Positions 1-9,581 of a stretch of 64,000 nt of DNA are shown here, in pieces. Source of the DNA: Brevundimonas sp. (GTDB lineage: Bacteria; Pseudomonadota; Alphaproteobacteria; Caulobacterales; Caulobacteraceae); the NCBI GenBank assembly GCA_046294385.1, contig JBKBJW010000001.1, forward strand, positions 131,588 through 195,587, read 5' to 3'. Each line of letters begins with the position of its first letter. The stretch's first letter is position 1. The notes below the pieces were generated by a model. The model was not told the DNA's origin. It saw nothing but the letters and a program-made list of their open reading frames with translations, and searched no databases. Position numbers and translations under genes: made by a program.

Positions 1-122
1 GCCTCGGACAGACGCGGCAGCCCGACCAGCGGCGTGTCGCCGATCGTGTCCAGGATCGAGTCATAGACCTTGCCCCGCCCCGAGGTCTTGCGGCGGCTGG
101 CGTCATAGGGGGCGTCGGACAT
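1..122 (-). CDS. cysK: Cysteine synthase A, N-terminal part (runs off window edge)
   Basis: Manual minus-strand translation from ATG at 122: MSDAPYDASRRKTSGRGKVYDSILDTIGDTPLVGLPRLSE, matching the CysK N-terminal 'IxDTIGxTPLV' motif. Confidence 0.8.
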   Translation of the reverse strand, partial: MSDAPYDASRRKTSGRGKVYDSILDTIGDTPLVGLPRLSE

Positions 123-195
123 GGGGGATCTCCGGTGGGGGGCTTTGCTGCAAGATAAGCAATGCCTTGAAACCCGAAAGGTCGGGATTGAACTG

Positions 196-1257
196 TTATT
201 CCGAGCTGGAAGCCACCGGCAAAGCCACAGCGGTGTCTACAAAGACGAACGGCAAACGCATCCGGCGGCCCGCAGTGGGCGAGCCAGAATTCTGCCAGGG
301 CGAGACTGCGAACATCGGCGCTATTTCGGCCGCTGTGGTTTCGAACCCGACCCCGGCGGGGCTTGCATCGCTGACTTCACATTCACCCAGGTGTCCGTCG
401 GCCTGTACAATGCAGGCAGCCGTGGCCCGGCCTTCACGAATCCCTTGGGCACGGGCGACGGCAGGAAACCGTTCCGCCAGCACCTCTGCCGAAGGCGTGG
501 CGACCCACGTTGGATTGCGTAAGGGCGAGCCGTCTCCGACCGTTTCTGCATTGGGGAAGCTGACGTCGATGGTGACCCGCACATCGGCGTAGGTCTTGCC
601 CTCAGGCATCCGCATCTCAAGTCGGAACAGCGGCGCCAGTTGCATCGCTGCTTCTCCGAAGCCACGATTCAGCGGCCTGTCCATGCCTACTTGACAATCG
701 CGCGGCCTGCCGTCCGGAGCCAGACCGCAATCGAGCCTCGCCGAGCCGTAGCGATCGCCGGCTTCGGGGGGTCTGGCCGCCTGAATCTGATCCGGCGACG
801 GCGCCTCCATCCAGAACGGGTCGGCGATACGCAGGCCCGTCGGCGCATAGGTATCGAACCTCAGAGCAACAGGGATCTGCACACTGGCCACGACGGGTTG
901 GCCGTTCTCCATGGCCGGATACATGCGTGCCTGGTTCAGCGTTTCCTGCATACTCCGGCTGAGGGTCCGTTCAACGATCCCGCCGTTGTCATCCGTGATG
1001 ACGCAATTGCTGAGCGTTCCATCAACTTCGGCACGGCAACGAGCAGTCAGGTCGCGGTCCCGCATGTTCACCGGCTGAGAATTGCCGAAATCCAGTCGAA
1101 ACCGCGGCCGGTCCTTCCAGGCAGGTGCCCGGAAACTGGGGCCGCGCGCCTGACGCTCAACCTCGGTCTGCTCCTGCGCGAGCATAGGCGTCGCAAACGC
1201 CAGCCCCGCAAGCAGGCTCCATACCCCGGCAGATGTCATCGTCACCCGTATAGCCAT
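196..1257 (-). CDS. TonB family protein with signal peptide and about three tandem TonB C-terminal-like domains
   Basis: Repeated 'CxxxxDGxxxxCxV...GFxxAA' units typical of Caulobacterales TonB_C proteins; N-terminal signal peptide. Confidence 0.75.
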   Translation of the reverse strand: MAIRVTMTSAGVWSLLAGLAFATPMLAQEQTEVERQARGPSFRAPAWKDRPRFRLDFGNSQPVNMRDRDLTARCRAEVDGTLSNCVITDDNGGIVERTLSRSMQETLNQARMYPAMENGQPVVASVQIPVALRFDTYAPTGLRIADPFWMEAPSPDQIQAARPPEAGDRYGSARLDCGLAPDGRPRDCQVGMDRPLNRGFGEAAMQLAPLFRLEMRMPEGKTYADVRVTIDVSFPNAETVGDGSPLRNPTWVATPSAEVLAERFPAVARAQGIREGRATAACIVQADGHLGECEVSDASPAGVGFETTAAEIAPMFAVSPWQNSGSPTAGRRMRLPFVFVDTAVALPVASSSE

Positions 1258-1314
1258 CCCGCTTCCTCGTTGGGCCCCATGCTATCCCCGAATGACGAGC
1301 ATCGGCCATAGACT

Positions 1315-2343
1315 TCACCCCTGCGCCGTCACCCGGATCAGCAGCAGCGCCAGCCCGAACAGGCAGACCAGCGACAGCACCACCGTGGCCGCCGCGCGCG
1401 GGGCTGACCGCACCACCGCCTTCAGGTCCGTCTCCAGCCCCAGCCCCGCCATGGCGATGATCGTCAGGGCCGTCGACACCGCCGCGATGACCGGCAGCCA
1501 CTCGCCCGGCAGCAGGCCTGTCGATCGCAAGCCCGCCATCGCCACGAACCCCAGGATGAACCACGGCACCAGCCGCATCGGGTTCAGCCGCTTGAACTCG
1601 CCGCTTCTGCGCGCCATCCCCAGGGCCAGCACCACGCACACCGGCCCCAGCATCAGCACCCGCACCAGCTTCACCAGCGCGCCGGTCTGCATCGCCACGG
1701 CCCCTGCCGGTGCCGTCGCCGCTAGAACCTGCGGCACCGCATAGACCGTCAGCCCGGACAGCACGCCGAACTGGACCGGCGAAAGACCGAGGGCCTGCCC
1801 GATCAGCGGCAGCAGCAGCACCACGACCACCCCCAGCACCGCCGTGAAGGCGATCGCCGACGACACGTCCTCGCCATCCGCCTCGATCACGGGCGCGACG
1901 GCCGCGATGGCCGAGTTGCCGCAAATGGAGTTGCCGCAGGCGATCAGCAGCGCCATCCCGCGCTTCAGCCCCATCATCCGCCCGATGCCGTAGCTCACGC
2001 CTATCGCCACCGCGACCAGCAGCACAATCCCCACCAGCATCAGCGGCCCGACTGCCATCACCGTCGCCGCGCTGACCGAGGCGCCCAGCAGCACAATGGC
2101 CACCTCCAGCACGGTGCGCGAACACAGGGTCACCCCCGCCGCCACACCCGCCGGCGGCGTCCACACCGTCCGCACCGCCGCCCCCAGCAGGATCGCCAGC
2201 ACCAGCGCCTCCAGCCAGGGCCGGCCGAACATCGCCGTCTCGATGGTCTGGATCGCGACCGCCGCCGCCGTGACCGCCAGACACAGCAGGACCCCCGGCG
2301 TGAACCGGCGCACGGTCGACAATGGATCGGTGAACGCCCCCAT
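1315..2343 (-). CDS. YeiH/PSE family membrane protein (putative sulfate exporter)
   Basis: About 10 TM segments; 'GNSICGNSAIAAVAPVI' and 'KLVRVLML' family motifs; lies near cysK. Confidence 0.85.
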   Translation of the reverse strand: MGAFTDPLSTVRRFTPGVLLCLAVTAAAVAIQTIETAMFGRPWLEALVLAILLGAAVRTVWTPPAGVAAGVTLCSRTVLEVAIVLLGASVSAATVMAVGPLMLVGIVLLVAVAIGVSYGIGRMMGLKRGMALLIACGNSICGNSAIAAVAPVIEADGEDVSSAIAFTAVLGVVVVLLLPLIGQALGLSPVQFGVLSGLTVYAVPQVLAATAPAGAVAMQTGALVKLVRVLMLGPVCVVLALGMARRSGEFKRLNPMRLVPWFILGFVAMAGLRSTGLLPGEWLPVIAAVSTALTIIAMAGLGLETDLKAVVRSAPRAAATVVLSLVCLFGLALLLIRVTAQG

Positions 2344-2552
2344 GGCCCCGCCTTTGATCAGGGTTCGCCCGTCGGGTCCAACCCTTCCTCAACGGAAACT
2401 CATCGCAATCCCCCGGCGCCTGTTCATTCACGCTTCGTGGATGGCGGACGCGGTCACTGGCGAAACCCGCGCGGTGGTCCACGAAGGCGCGCGGACGCCC
2501 ATCAGGGCGGCGGCTAGACCGGCCTCACCTTCTCTCACCGGACCGACATGCC

Positions 2553-3077
2553 ATGACCACCGCCCTGCCCCCGCGCCGCAACCTCGTCTCCTGGATCATG
2601 GGCGGCATCGTCGTCGTCGCCCTCGTCGTCTACGCCGTTGTCTACTGGCCGCAGCTGTCGCGTATGTCGCTCCAGCCGCATTGGCCCGACCTCGGCCTGC
2701 TGGCGCGCCAGCCGTTCCAGATCCAGCTGCACATCGCCGCCGCCCTGACTGCGCTCCTGCTCGGCACGGTCCAGCTGATCGGGGTCAAGGGCACGACCGC
2801 CCACCGGATCATCGGCTGGACCTGGGTGATCGCCATGGCCATCACGGCCGTCAGCTCGCTGTTCATCCGCCAGATCAACCCGGGCAGCTTCTCCTTCATC
2901 CACCTGCTCAGCGGCTGGACCATCATCGGCCTGCCGATGGCCGTCTATGCGGCGAGGAAGCATCGTGTTCTGGCCCACCGGCGCGCCATGACCGGCATGT
3001 TCGTCGGCGGCCTGATCGTCGCGGGGGCCCTGACCTTCCTGCCCGGTCGCCTCATGTGGGGCGTCTTCTTCGGCTGA
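2553..3077 (+). CDS. DUF2306 membrane protein
   Basis: 'KGTTAHRIIGWTWV', 'FSFIHLLS' and 'HRRAM' motifs; multiple TM helices. Confidence 0.75.
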   Translation: MTTALPPRRNLVSWIMGGIVVVALVVYAVVYWPQLSRMSLQPHWPDLGLLARQPFQIQLHIAAALTALLLGTVQLIGVKGTTAHRIIGWTWVIAMAITAVSSLFIRQINPGSFSFIHLLSGWTIIGLPMAVYAARKHRVLAHRRAMTGMFVGGLIVAGALTFLPGRLMWGVFFG

Positions 3078-3129
3078 CTTCCCGGTTTTCACCGACGCGT
3101 GTTAGGCAAGCGTCAGGGGGAGCCACCAG

Positions 3130-4344
3130 ATGACCGATGCCGCCACGCCGACTGCCCAGTCCGACCGCATCGGCGAGGTCGACATCCTGCGTGGCATCGC
3201 CCTGTTCGGGGTGATGTGGATGAACGTCTTCGGCATGGGCGACTTCCTCGTCCCGGCCGACAGGATCCACGGCCTGACCCAGTTCAAGGTTCTGGAGGAT
3301 GTGGTCGGCTTCCTGTCGCAACTGCTGGTGTCCGGCAAGGCGCAGGCGATGTTCTCCATGCTGTTCGGCTTCGGCTTCGCCATCATGATGGATCGGATCA
3401 GCGCGCGCGGCGGCAACGGAACCGCCATCTACCTGCGCCGCCTGACGGTTCTGCTGATTGTCGGCCTCGCCCATGTCATCCTGCTGTGGATGGGCGACAT
3501 CCTGAACGCCTATGCGGCCATGGGCTTCCTGTTGCTGCTGACCCGCCGCTGGTCCAACCGCTGGCTGCTGGGTGTCGGCGTGGCCCTGGCCTGCATCCTG
3601 CCGATGCTGGTGATGGCCTACTATCAGATTGCCAACCCCAACGGCCCGCCGGGCTTTGTCGCCTTGATGGAAGCGGGGTCCGAGGCGCGCTGGCCCATCA
3701 TCATGGGCCACGACTACCCGGCGCTTGTCATTGCCCATTTCAAGGGCACCTTCATCGAGTTCTACAGCCAGCCGATCGCCCTCAGCTATCTGGGCTGGAT
3801 TCTCGGCCGGTTCATGATCGGCGGCTGGATCTTCCGCCAGGGCTGGCTGCAGAACCCCGAGCGCTACCAGACCGGCTTCGCGATCGCGGCGGCGACCCTC
3901 ATCCCTTTGGGCCTCATGCTGTCCATGATGCGTCCGGTCATGAATGCGCTCGAGCTGAAGCCCCTGCCCTGGGCCATGCCCTTTTTCCGGGGCGCCGGGC
4001 AGATCAACGAGATCATCCTGGCGCTCGGCTACGGAGCCCTGATCATCATCCTGTGTCGCCTGCCCCGGGTGCGCGCCGCCTTGTCCGGCATGGGCTCGCT
4101 GGGCCAGATGGCCCTGACCAACTACCTGATGCAGAGTCTGGTCTTCTTCTTCGTCCTCTATGGCTTCGGCCTCGGTCTGCTGCCGTGGATGGGGCCGACG
4201 CTCAGCCTGGTCTTCACCACGGTCGTCGTCGGGCTGCAGGTCGTATTCAGCCGCTGGTGGCTGGCCCGCCATGCCTACGGCCCCGCCGAGTGGCTCTGGC
4301 GCTGGGCCACCTATGGCGTGAAGCCGGCGCTGAAACGGGTCTGA
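3130..4344 (+). CDS. DUF418 (YeiB-like) membrane protein
   Basis: 'RIxxVDILRGIALFG', 'GQMALTNYLMQS' and 'GPAEWLWRWATY' motifs. Confidence 0.85.
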   Translation: MTDAATPTAQSDRIGEVDILRGIALFGVMWMNVFGMGDFLVPADRIHGLTQFKVLEDVVGFLSQLLVSGKAQAMFSMLFGFGFAIMMDRISARGGNGTAIYLRRLTVLLIVGLAHVILLWMGDILNAYAAMGFLLLLTRRWSNRWLLGVGVALACILPMLVMAYYQIANPNGPPGFVALMEAGSEARWPIIMGHDYPALVIAHFKGTFIEFYSQPIALSYLGWILGRFMIGGWIFRQGWLQNPERYQTGFAIAAATLIPLGLMLSMMRPVMNALELKPLPWAMPFFRGAGQINEIILALGYGALIIILCRLPRVRAALSGMGSLGQMALTNYLMQSLVFFFVLYGFGLGLLPWMGPTLSLVFTTVVVGLQVVFSRWWLARHAYGPAEWLWRWATYGVKPALKRV

Positions 4345-4355
4345 CGACGCCGGTT

Positions 4356-4392
4356 TTCACCCCCCGTTAACCACGATGGCGCATTCGTTAAC
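4356..4392 (+). promoter_or_regulatory. CtrA-binding site upstream of fliI
   Basis: TTCA-N7-TTAACC at 4356-4372 plus GTTAAC half-site at 4387-4392; CtrA consensus is TTAA-N7-TTAA. Confidence 0.65.
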
Positions 4393-4415
4393 GGCTGCAT
4401 CAGGGGCCGTTCTTC

Positions 4416-5756
4416 TTGCGTAATCTCGTCTCGGCGATCGAAGCCATCGACCCCCTGGTCGTGACCGGCAAGGTCGCGGGCGTGAACGGCCTGCTGATCG
4501 AAAGCCGGGGCGGCCTTTCCCGCCTTGCCGTTGGTGCCCGGGCCGAGATCCAGCGCCGCCACCTGTCGCCCCTGCCGGCCGAGGTCGTCGGCTTCCGTGA
4601 CGCCAAGGCGCTGCTGATGCCGTTCGGCCCCGTCGAGGGCGTGGCCCCCGGCGCCGACATCAAGATCATCGATCAGGCCGCGGGCGTGCGCCCCACCACC
4701 GCCTGGCTCGGCCGCATCATCGACGCCTTTGGAACCCCCATCGACGGCAAGGGCCCGCTGCCCACCGGGCCGGCGCTGTATCCCCTGCGCGCGCCGCCGC
4801 CACCGGCCCATTCTCGCGGCCGGGTGGGCGAGCGGCTGGACCTCGGCGTGCGCGCCATGGACGTCTTCACCACCACCTGCCGGGGCCAGCGCCTGGGCAT
4901 CTTCGCCGGTTCGGGCGTCGGCAAGTCGGTGCTGCTGTCCATGCTGGCGCGACAGGCCACCTGTGACGCCGTCGTCGTCGGCCTGATCGGCGAACGGGGC
5001 CGTGAGGTCCGCGAGTTCATCGAGGAGACTCTGGGCGAAGAGGGCCTGCGCCGGGCCATCGTCGTGGTCGCCACGTCCGATGAACCGGCGCTCAAACGCC
5101 GTCAGGCCGCCTATATGACCATGGCCATCGCCGAGTTCCTGCGGGATCAGGATCTGGAGGTCCTGTGCCTGATGGACTCCGTCACCCGCTTTGCCATGGC
5201 CCAACGCGAGATCGGCCTGGCCGCCGGCGAACCCCCGACCACCAAGGGCTACACCCCCACCGTCTTCACCGAACTGCCCAAGCTGCTGGAGCGCGCGGGC
5301 CCCGGCCCGGTCCGCCCGGACGGCACCACCGCCGGCCCCATCACCGCCCTGTTCACCGTCCTGGTGGACGGCGGCGACCATGACGAGCCCATTGCCGACG
5401 CCGTGCGAGGCATCCTCGACGGCCACATCGTCATGGACCGCAAGATCGCCGAGCGCGGCCGCTTCCCCGCCATCGACGTGCTGAAGTCCGTCAGCCGCAC
5501 CCTGCCCGCCTGCCAGACCCCGCCGGAGCGCGAGCTGAACAAGCGCGCCCGCCAGTCCCTGAGCGCCTACGCCAACATGGAAGAGCTGATCCGCATCGGG
5601 GCCTACCGCTCGGGTGCCGATCCGATCGTCGACCGCGCCATCGCCCTGAACCCCGCGCTCGAGGCTTTCCTCGGCCAGGACAAGGACGACCACACGCGTC
5701 TTTCCGATTCCTTTACCCGCCTGGAAGCAATCCTGAACCAGGGCATGATCCAGTGA
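4416..5756 (+). CDS. fliI: Flagellar export ATPase FliI
   Basis: Walker A 'AGSGVGKS', '[15 protein letters not shown]' and 'RGILDGHIV'; fliJ downstream. Confidence 0.95.
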   Translation: MRNLVSAIEAIDPLVVTGKVAGVNGLLIESRGGLSRLAVGARAEIQRRHLSPLPAEVVGFRDAKALLMPFGPVEGVAPGADIKIIDQAAGVRPTTAWLGRIIDAFGTPIDGKGPLPTGPALYPLRAPPPPAHSRGRVGERLDLGVRAMDVFTTTCRGQRLGIFAGSGVGKSVLLSMLARQATCDAVVVGLIGERGREVREFIEETLGEEGLRRAIVVVATSDEPALKRRQAAYMTMAIAEFLRDQDLEVLCLMDSVTRFAMAQREIGLAAGEPPTTKGYTPTVFTELPKLLERAGPGPVRPDGTTAGPITALFTVLVDGGDHDEPIADAVRGILDGHIVMDRKIAERGRFPAIDVLKSVSRTLPACQTPPERELNKRARQSLSAYANMEELIRIGAYRSGADPIVDRAIALNPALEAFLGQDKDDHTRLSDSFTRLEAILNQGMIQ

Positions 5757-5769
5757 CCGGAGTTTGCAG

Positions 5770-6180
5770 ATGACCGCCTGGGCTCAATCGTTGATCCGCA
5801 TCTCGAACTATGAGGTCGAGACGCTGCAGAAGCGCCTGGCCGAGATCACCGCGCGCCGGGCCTCCGCCGAGATGCGCCTGGCCGTGCTGGACGCCGAGGT
5901 CGAGGTCGAGCGCGAGCGCGCCCGTGCCGATGGTGACGCCGCCATGCTGCTCCAGGCCTATCTGGGCGGCTGGAAGCTGCGCCGCGCCGTGGCTGAAACC
6001 GACGTCGCCGAGATCGAGACCGAGGAAATGGGTGCCCGCGATGCCCTCACCGGCGCCTTCGAGGAGCTGAAGAAGTTCGAGCACGTCGCCGAAACCACCC
6101 GCCTGAACGCCCTCATCGCCGCCGGCAAACGCGAGACGGCGGCCTTCGACGAGCTGGGCCTGCGACGTCGTGCCGGCTGA
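5770..6180 (+). CDS. fliJ: Flagellar export chaperone FliJ
   Basis: Coiled-coil protein of about 136 aa directly after fliI; 'AFEELKKFE' motif. Confidence 0.85.
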   Translation: MTAWAQSLIRISNYEVETLQKRLAEITARRASAEMRLAVLDAEVEVERERARADGDAAMLLQAYLGGWKLRRAVAETDVAEIETEEMGARDALTGAFEELKKFEHVAETTRLNALIAAGKRETAAFDELGLRRRAG

Positions 6181-7231
6181 CGGCCTGAACCGCCGCTTCC
6201 TCCTCGCCGCTCCCCTCGCACTCGCGGCCTGTCAGGGTGCCGCGCCTGCTGACGCCGCCCCCACGGCCGTCCCGCCGCTGAAATCCATCGCCCCCTGCCC
6301 CGTCGGCGTCTGCGCCATGACGGGCCATTTCGACGACCCCGCCTGGGTCGATCTGGCCACGCGCCACTTCAACCAGATCACTCCCGAGTGGGAGATGAAG
6401 ATGGAGGCGATCCTGGGCGCGGATCGTTCGTACGACTTCACCCGCCCGGACCGCATCGCCGCCTTCGCCGCCGCCCGGGGCATGCGCCTGCACGGCCACG
6501 CCCTCGTCTGGTATTCGCAAGGATCAGAGCCCTTCGCCGGCCTCGACCGCGCCCGCTTCGCCGCCGAATACGACCGCTACATCACCGCCGTCGCCGGTCG
6601 CTATCGCGGCAAGGTCGTCAGCTGGGACGTCGTCAATGAGGCGGTGGCCGAGGACGGAAACGGCCTGCGCGACTGTCACTGGAGCCGGATGCTCGGCCAG
6701 GACGGCTACATCATCCGCGCCTTCGAACAGGCCCGCGCCGCCGATCCGGACGCGGTCCTGTTCCTCAACGACTACAATCTCGAGAACAATCCGGTGAAGG
6801 GCGCGACCTTCCTGCGGCTGGTCGAGCGGTTGCTGAAGGCCGGTGCCCCCATCGGCGGCATCGGCACCCAGTCGCACCTCGACATCGAGATCCCCGTCGG
6901 ACAGATCACCACCTTCCTGCGCGACGCCGCCCAGTTCGGTCTGCCGATCCATGTCTCGGAGCTCGATGCCTCGCAACGCCGCGACGGCGGCTTCGACCCC
7001 CGCTCCGCCCGCCAGAAGCAGGACCAGCAGACCGCCCGCGTCGCCGAACTGACCGAGGCCTTCATGGCCCTGCCCTCTCGCCAGCGCTTCGCCTTCACCG
7101 TCTGGGGCCTGCGCGACTCGGACAGCTGGCTGACCCGCGACGCCCACGCCGGATCCGGCGACAGCCCCCTGCTGTTCGATGCCGCGGGCCGGCCGAATGC
7201 GATGGCGCAGGCGGTGGCGAGCGCCTTCTGA
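6170..7231 (+). CDS. GH10 endo-1,4-beta-xylanase, Tat/lipoprotein signal
   Basis: 'TPEWEMK', 'HGHALVW', 'WDVVNE' (acid/base) and 'HVSELD' (nucleophile); 'NRRFLL...LAAC' signal. Confidence 0.9.
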   Translation: MPADGLNRRFLLAAPLALAACQGAAPADAAPTAVPPLKSIAPCPVGVCAMTGHFDDPAWVDLATRHFNQITPEWEMKMEAILGADRSYDFTRPDRIAAFAAARGMRLHGHALVWYSQGSEPFAGLDRARFAAEYDRYITAVAGRYRGKVVSWDVVNEAVAEDGNGLRDCHWSRMLGQDGYIIRAFEQARAADPDAVLFLNDYNLENNPVKGATFLRLVERLLKAGAPIGGIGTQSHLDIEIPVGQITTFLRDAAQFGLPIHVSELDASQRRDGGFDPRSARQKQDQQTARVAELTEAFMALPSRQRFAFTVWGLRDSDSWLTRDAHAGSGDSPLLFDAAGRPNAMAQAVASAF

Positions 7232-7238
7232 CCTCCGC

Positions 7239-7269
7239 TTGACATCCCGCTACTTTAAAATACAAAGCA
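7239..7269 (+). promoter_or_regulatory. Putative sigma70 promoter with overlapping imperfect palindrome (operator)
   Basis: TTGACA at 7239; AT-rich TACTTT-N7-AAAGCA at 7251-7269 upstream of the DUF2141 gene. Confidence 0.4.
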
Positions 7270-7297
7270 CTTCATCATAACCGATGGAGCCTCCCCG

Positions 7298-7726
7298 ATG
7301 ATCCGCCTCGCCGCCCCCTTCGCCCTCGCCTGCCTTGCCCTGTCCGCCGCGCCGGCCCTGGCCCAGCAGGTCACCGTCACCCTGACCGGCGTGGAAGCGC
7401 GCGGGGGGCATGTGTCAGGCGTCCTGAACTCCGAGGCCACCTTCATGCGCGGTGCCGACTACACGGCCCAGGTCTCCGGCGACGCCGCCGGGACCGTGAT
7501 CCTGACCTTCCAGAATGTCGCGCCGGGCGACTACGCCCTGATGGTCATGCACGACGCCAACGACAACGACAGCTTCGACATGAGCCCCTCCGGCATGCCG
7601 GCCGAAGGCTTCGCCTTTTCCAACAAGGGCCGCCCCCTGATGGGCATGCCCACCTTCCAGGGCCTGAAGTTCACCGTCACCGCCGAAGGCGCGACGCTGA
7701 CCGAGCCGATGTTCTACATGCAGTAG
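7298..7726 (+). CDS. DUF2141 exported protein
   Basis: 'PGDYALMVMHDANDN...GMPAEGFAFSN' motif; signal peptide. Confidence 0.85.
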   Translation: MIRLAAPFALACLALSAAPALAQQVTVTLTGVEARGGHVSGVLNSEATFMRGADYTAQVSGDAAGTVILTFQNVAPGDYALMVMHDANDNDSFDMSPSGMPAEGFAFSNKGRPLMGMPTFQGLKFTVTAEGATLTEPMFYMQ

Positions 7727-7807
7727 CGCGCGATCGGTCTCCTTCGCTGGACTCGGGCTCACCCTGGCGCCAGTCTGACCAAACAAGGTTTGCCGAAGGG
7801 GGTGGAT

Positions 7808-8485
7808 ATGGCTTTGTTGCACAGACGGGCGCTTGTCGGCGGTCTCGGAGTCGGACTGGTCGGTTTCGCGGCCCCAGCAATACTCCGGGCCCAGGATCAA
7901 TCCCCGAGGTCGCTCACCGCCTCTCAAGCGGAGGGCCCCTTCTATCCCTATGACGACAAGCCGACAGATCAGGACGCCGACCTTGTCCGCGTCACAGGGG
8001 TGGACGCCGCGGCCCTGGGCGAGGTGGCCCTTGTCACCGGTTCGGTCTGGGATCGGCAGGGGCGCACTCTCGGCGGCGCTCTGGTTGAGATCTGGCAGTG
8101 CGATCACACCGGCCGCTACCTCCACCGCGACGACCCGAACACCGACCGCCCGCGCGACCGGGGCTTCCAGGGCTATGGCAAGGCCCTGACGGACCCGAGG
8201 GGCGGCTTCCGCTTCCGCACCATCAAGCCGGTGTCATATGCGGCGGTGCTGGGCGGGGAGCAGATCTGGCGCGCGCCCCACATCCACGTGATCGTCTCGA
8301 CCGGTGGCGAACGGCGCCTGACCACCCAGCTCTATGTGTCCGGCGCGCCCCAGAACGATGGCGATATCCTGCTGGCCCGGCTGACCCCGCGCGAGCGTGA
8401 AGGTCTCACCAGCGCCTATAATCCGGGCGCGGCCGCCGAAGGCGGAGCGCTGTCCGCCCACTACGACATCATCGTGGACGTCTGA
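7808..8485 (+). CDS. Intradiol ring-cleavage dioxygenase (protocatechuate 3,4-dioxygenase-like), Tat signal
   Basis: 'EGPFYP', 'VEIWQCDxxGRY', 'FRTIKPxxY' and 'RAPHIH'; N-terminal 'RRALV'. Confidence 0.85.
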   Translation: MALLHRRALVGGLGVGLVGFAAPAILRAQDQSPRSLTASQAEGPFYPYDDKPTDQDADLVRVTGVDAAALGEVALVTGSVWDRQGRTLGGALVEIWQCDHTGRYLHRDDPNTDRPRDRGFQGYGKALTDPRGGFRFRTIKPVSYAAVLGGEQIWRAPHIHVIVSTGGERRLTTQLYVSGAPQNDGDILLARLTPREREGLTSAYNPGAAAEGGALSAHYDIIVDV

Positions 8486-8490
8486 AAAGG

Positions 8491-8520
8491 AAAAGGCCCG
8501 GTGTCACCACCGGGCCTTTC
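8491..8520. terminator. Bidirectional intrinsic terminator
   Basis: AAAAGGCCCGGTG-tcac-CACCGGGCCTTT hairpin between convergent genes. Confidence 0.8.
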
Positions 8521-8543
8521 GTCATTTCAGCTGGTCGCCCTTA

Positions 8544-9245
8544 TCAGGCGGCGACGCTCTGGGCGCCTTCCGACGGGTCGCGCAGCACATAGCCGCGGCC
8601 CCAGACGGTTTCGATGTAGTGCTTGCCGCCGGCGGCCGTGGCCAGCTTCTTGCGCAGCTTGCAGATGAAGACGTCGATGATCTTCAGCTCGGGCTCGTCC
8701 ATGCCGCCGTACAGGTGGTTCAGGAACATTTCCTTGGTCAGGGTCGTGCCCTTGCGGAGCGAGAGCAGCTCCAGCATCTGGTATTCCTTGCCGGTCAGGT
8801 GGACGCGGTGGCCGTTCACCTCGACCGTCTTGCCGTCCAGGTTCACCGCGATCTCGCCGGTGGTGATGATCGCCTGGGCGTGGCCCTTCGAACGACGGAC
8901 CACGGCGTGGGTGCGCGCGATCAGCTCGTCCTTGTGGAAGGGCTTGGTCATGTAGTCGTCGGCACCGCCGCCGAAGGTCTTCACCTTGGTCTCGATCTCG
9001 GTCGAGCCCGACAGGATCATCACCGGCGTATTGACCTTGCCGACGCGCAGCTGGCGCAGCACTTCCAGACCGTTCATGTCCGGCAGGTTCAGGTCCAGCA
9101 GGATCAGGTCGTAGTCATAGATCTTGCCGAGATCGATGCCCTCTTCGCCGAGGTCTGTCGTGTAGACATTGAAGCCTTCCGACTTGAGCATCAGTTCGAT
9201 GCTCTGCGCTGTCGCGTGGTCATCTTCGATAAGCAGGACGCGCAT
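8544..9245 (-). CDS. ctrA: Cell-cycle master response regulator CtrA
   Basis: Recognisable sequence: 'MRVLLIEDD...[22 protein letters not shown]', '[53 protein letters not shown]'. Confidence 0.98.
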   Translation of the reverse strand: MRVLLIEDDHATAQSIELMLKSEGFNVYTTDLGEEGIDLGKIYDYDLILLDLNLPDMNGLEVLRQLRVGKVNTPVMILSGSTEIETKVKTFGGGADDYMTKPFHKDELIARTHAVVRRSKGHAQAIITTGEIAVNLDGKTVEVNGHRVHLTGKEYQMLELLSLRKGTTLTKEMFLNHLYGGMDEPELKIIDVFICKLRKKLATAAGGKHYIETVWGRGYVLRDPSEGAQSVAA

Positions 9246-9313
9246 TCATGCCCCTCCAGGCAAAGCTTGGCTGTAAGAACCGACCGTCCACGGCCGGGTA
9301 ACCTTGTTCCGAC

Positions 9314-9345
9314 GTTAACCGCTGAAAACCTTAAGAGAGGTTAAC
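9314..9345. promoter_or_regulatory. CtrA half-sites in the ctrA promoter (autoregulation)
   Basis: GTTAACC at 9314, TTAA at 9331 and TTAAC at 9341 (N6 spacing). Confidence 0.65.
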
Positions 9346-9503
9346 GCCACCCCATTGAGGCGAATCGTAGGCTGATTTGCGAATCGGCGTCGAGAGTCCC
9401 GAGTCAAGCGACCGCACTTTATTCGCGAACGCGCCCAATCCCCTGTCCTGACTCAACTTTCCGCCCCGCGCTCCGGGCCTGCGACCGCTTCTGGCGAGTC
9501 TCG

Positions 9504-9519
9504 TAGGATATAATTCCTA
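9504..9519 (+). promoter_or_regulatory. Palindromic operator enclosing a perfect -10 element upstream of the gafY-like gene
   Basis: TAGGA-TATAAT-TCCTA. Confidence 0.6.
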
Positions 9520-9581
9520 TCGCAACATCCGCACGCCTCATGATGCGGACAGCGATGGTGGATTCAGGAGAGACGCGAGTG

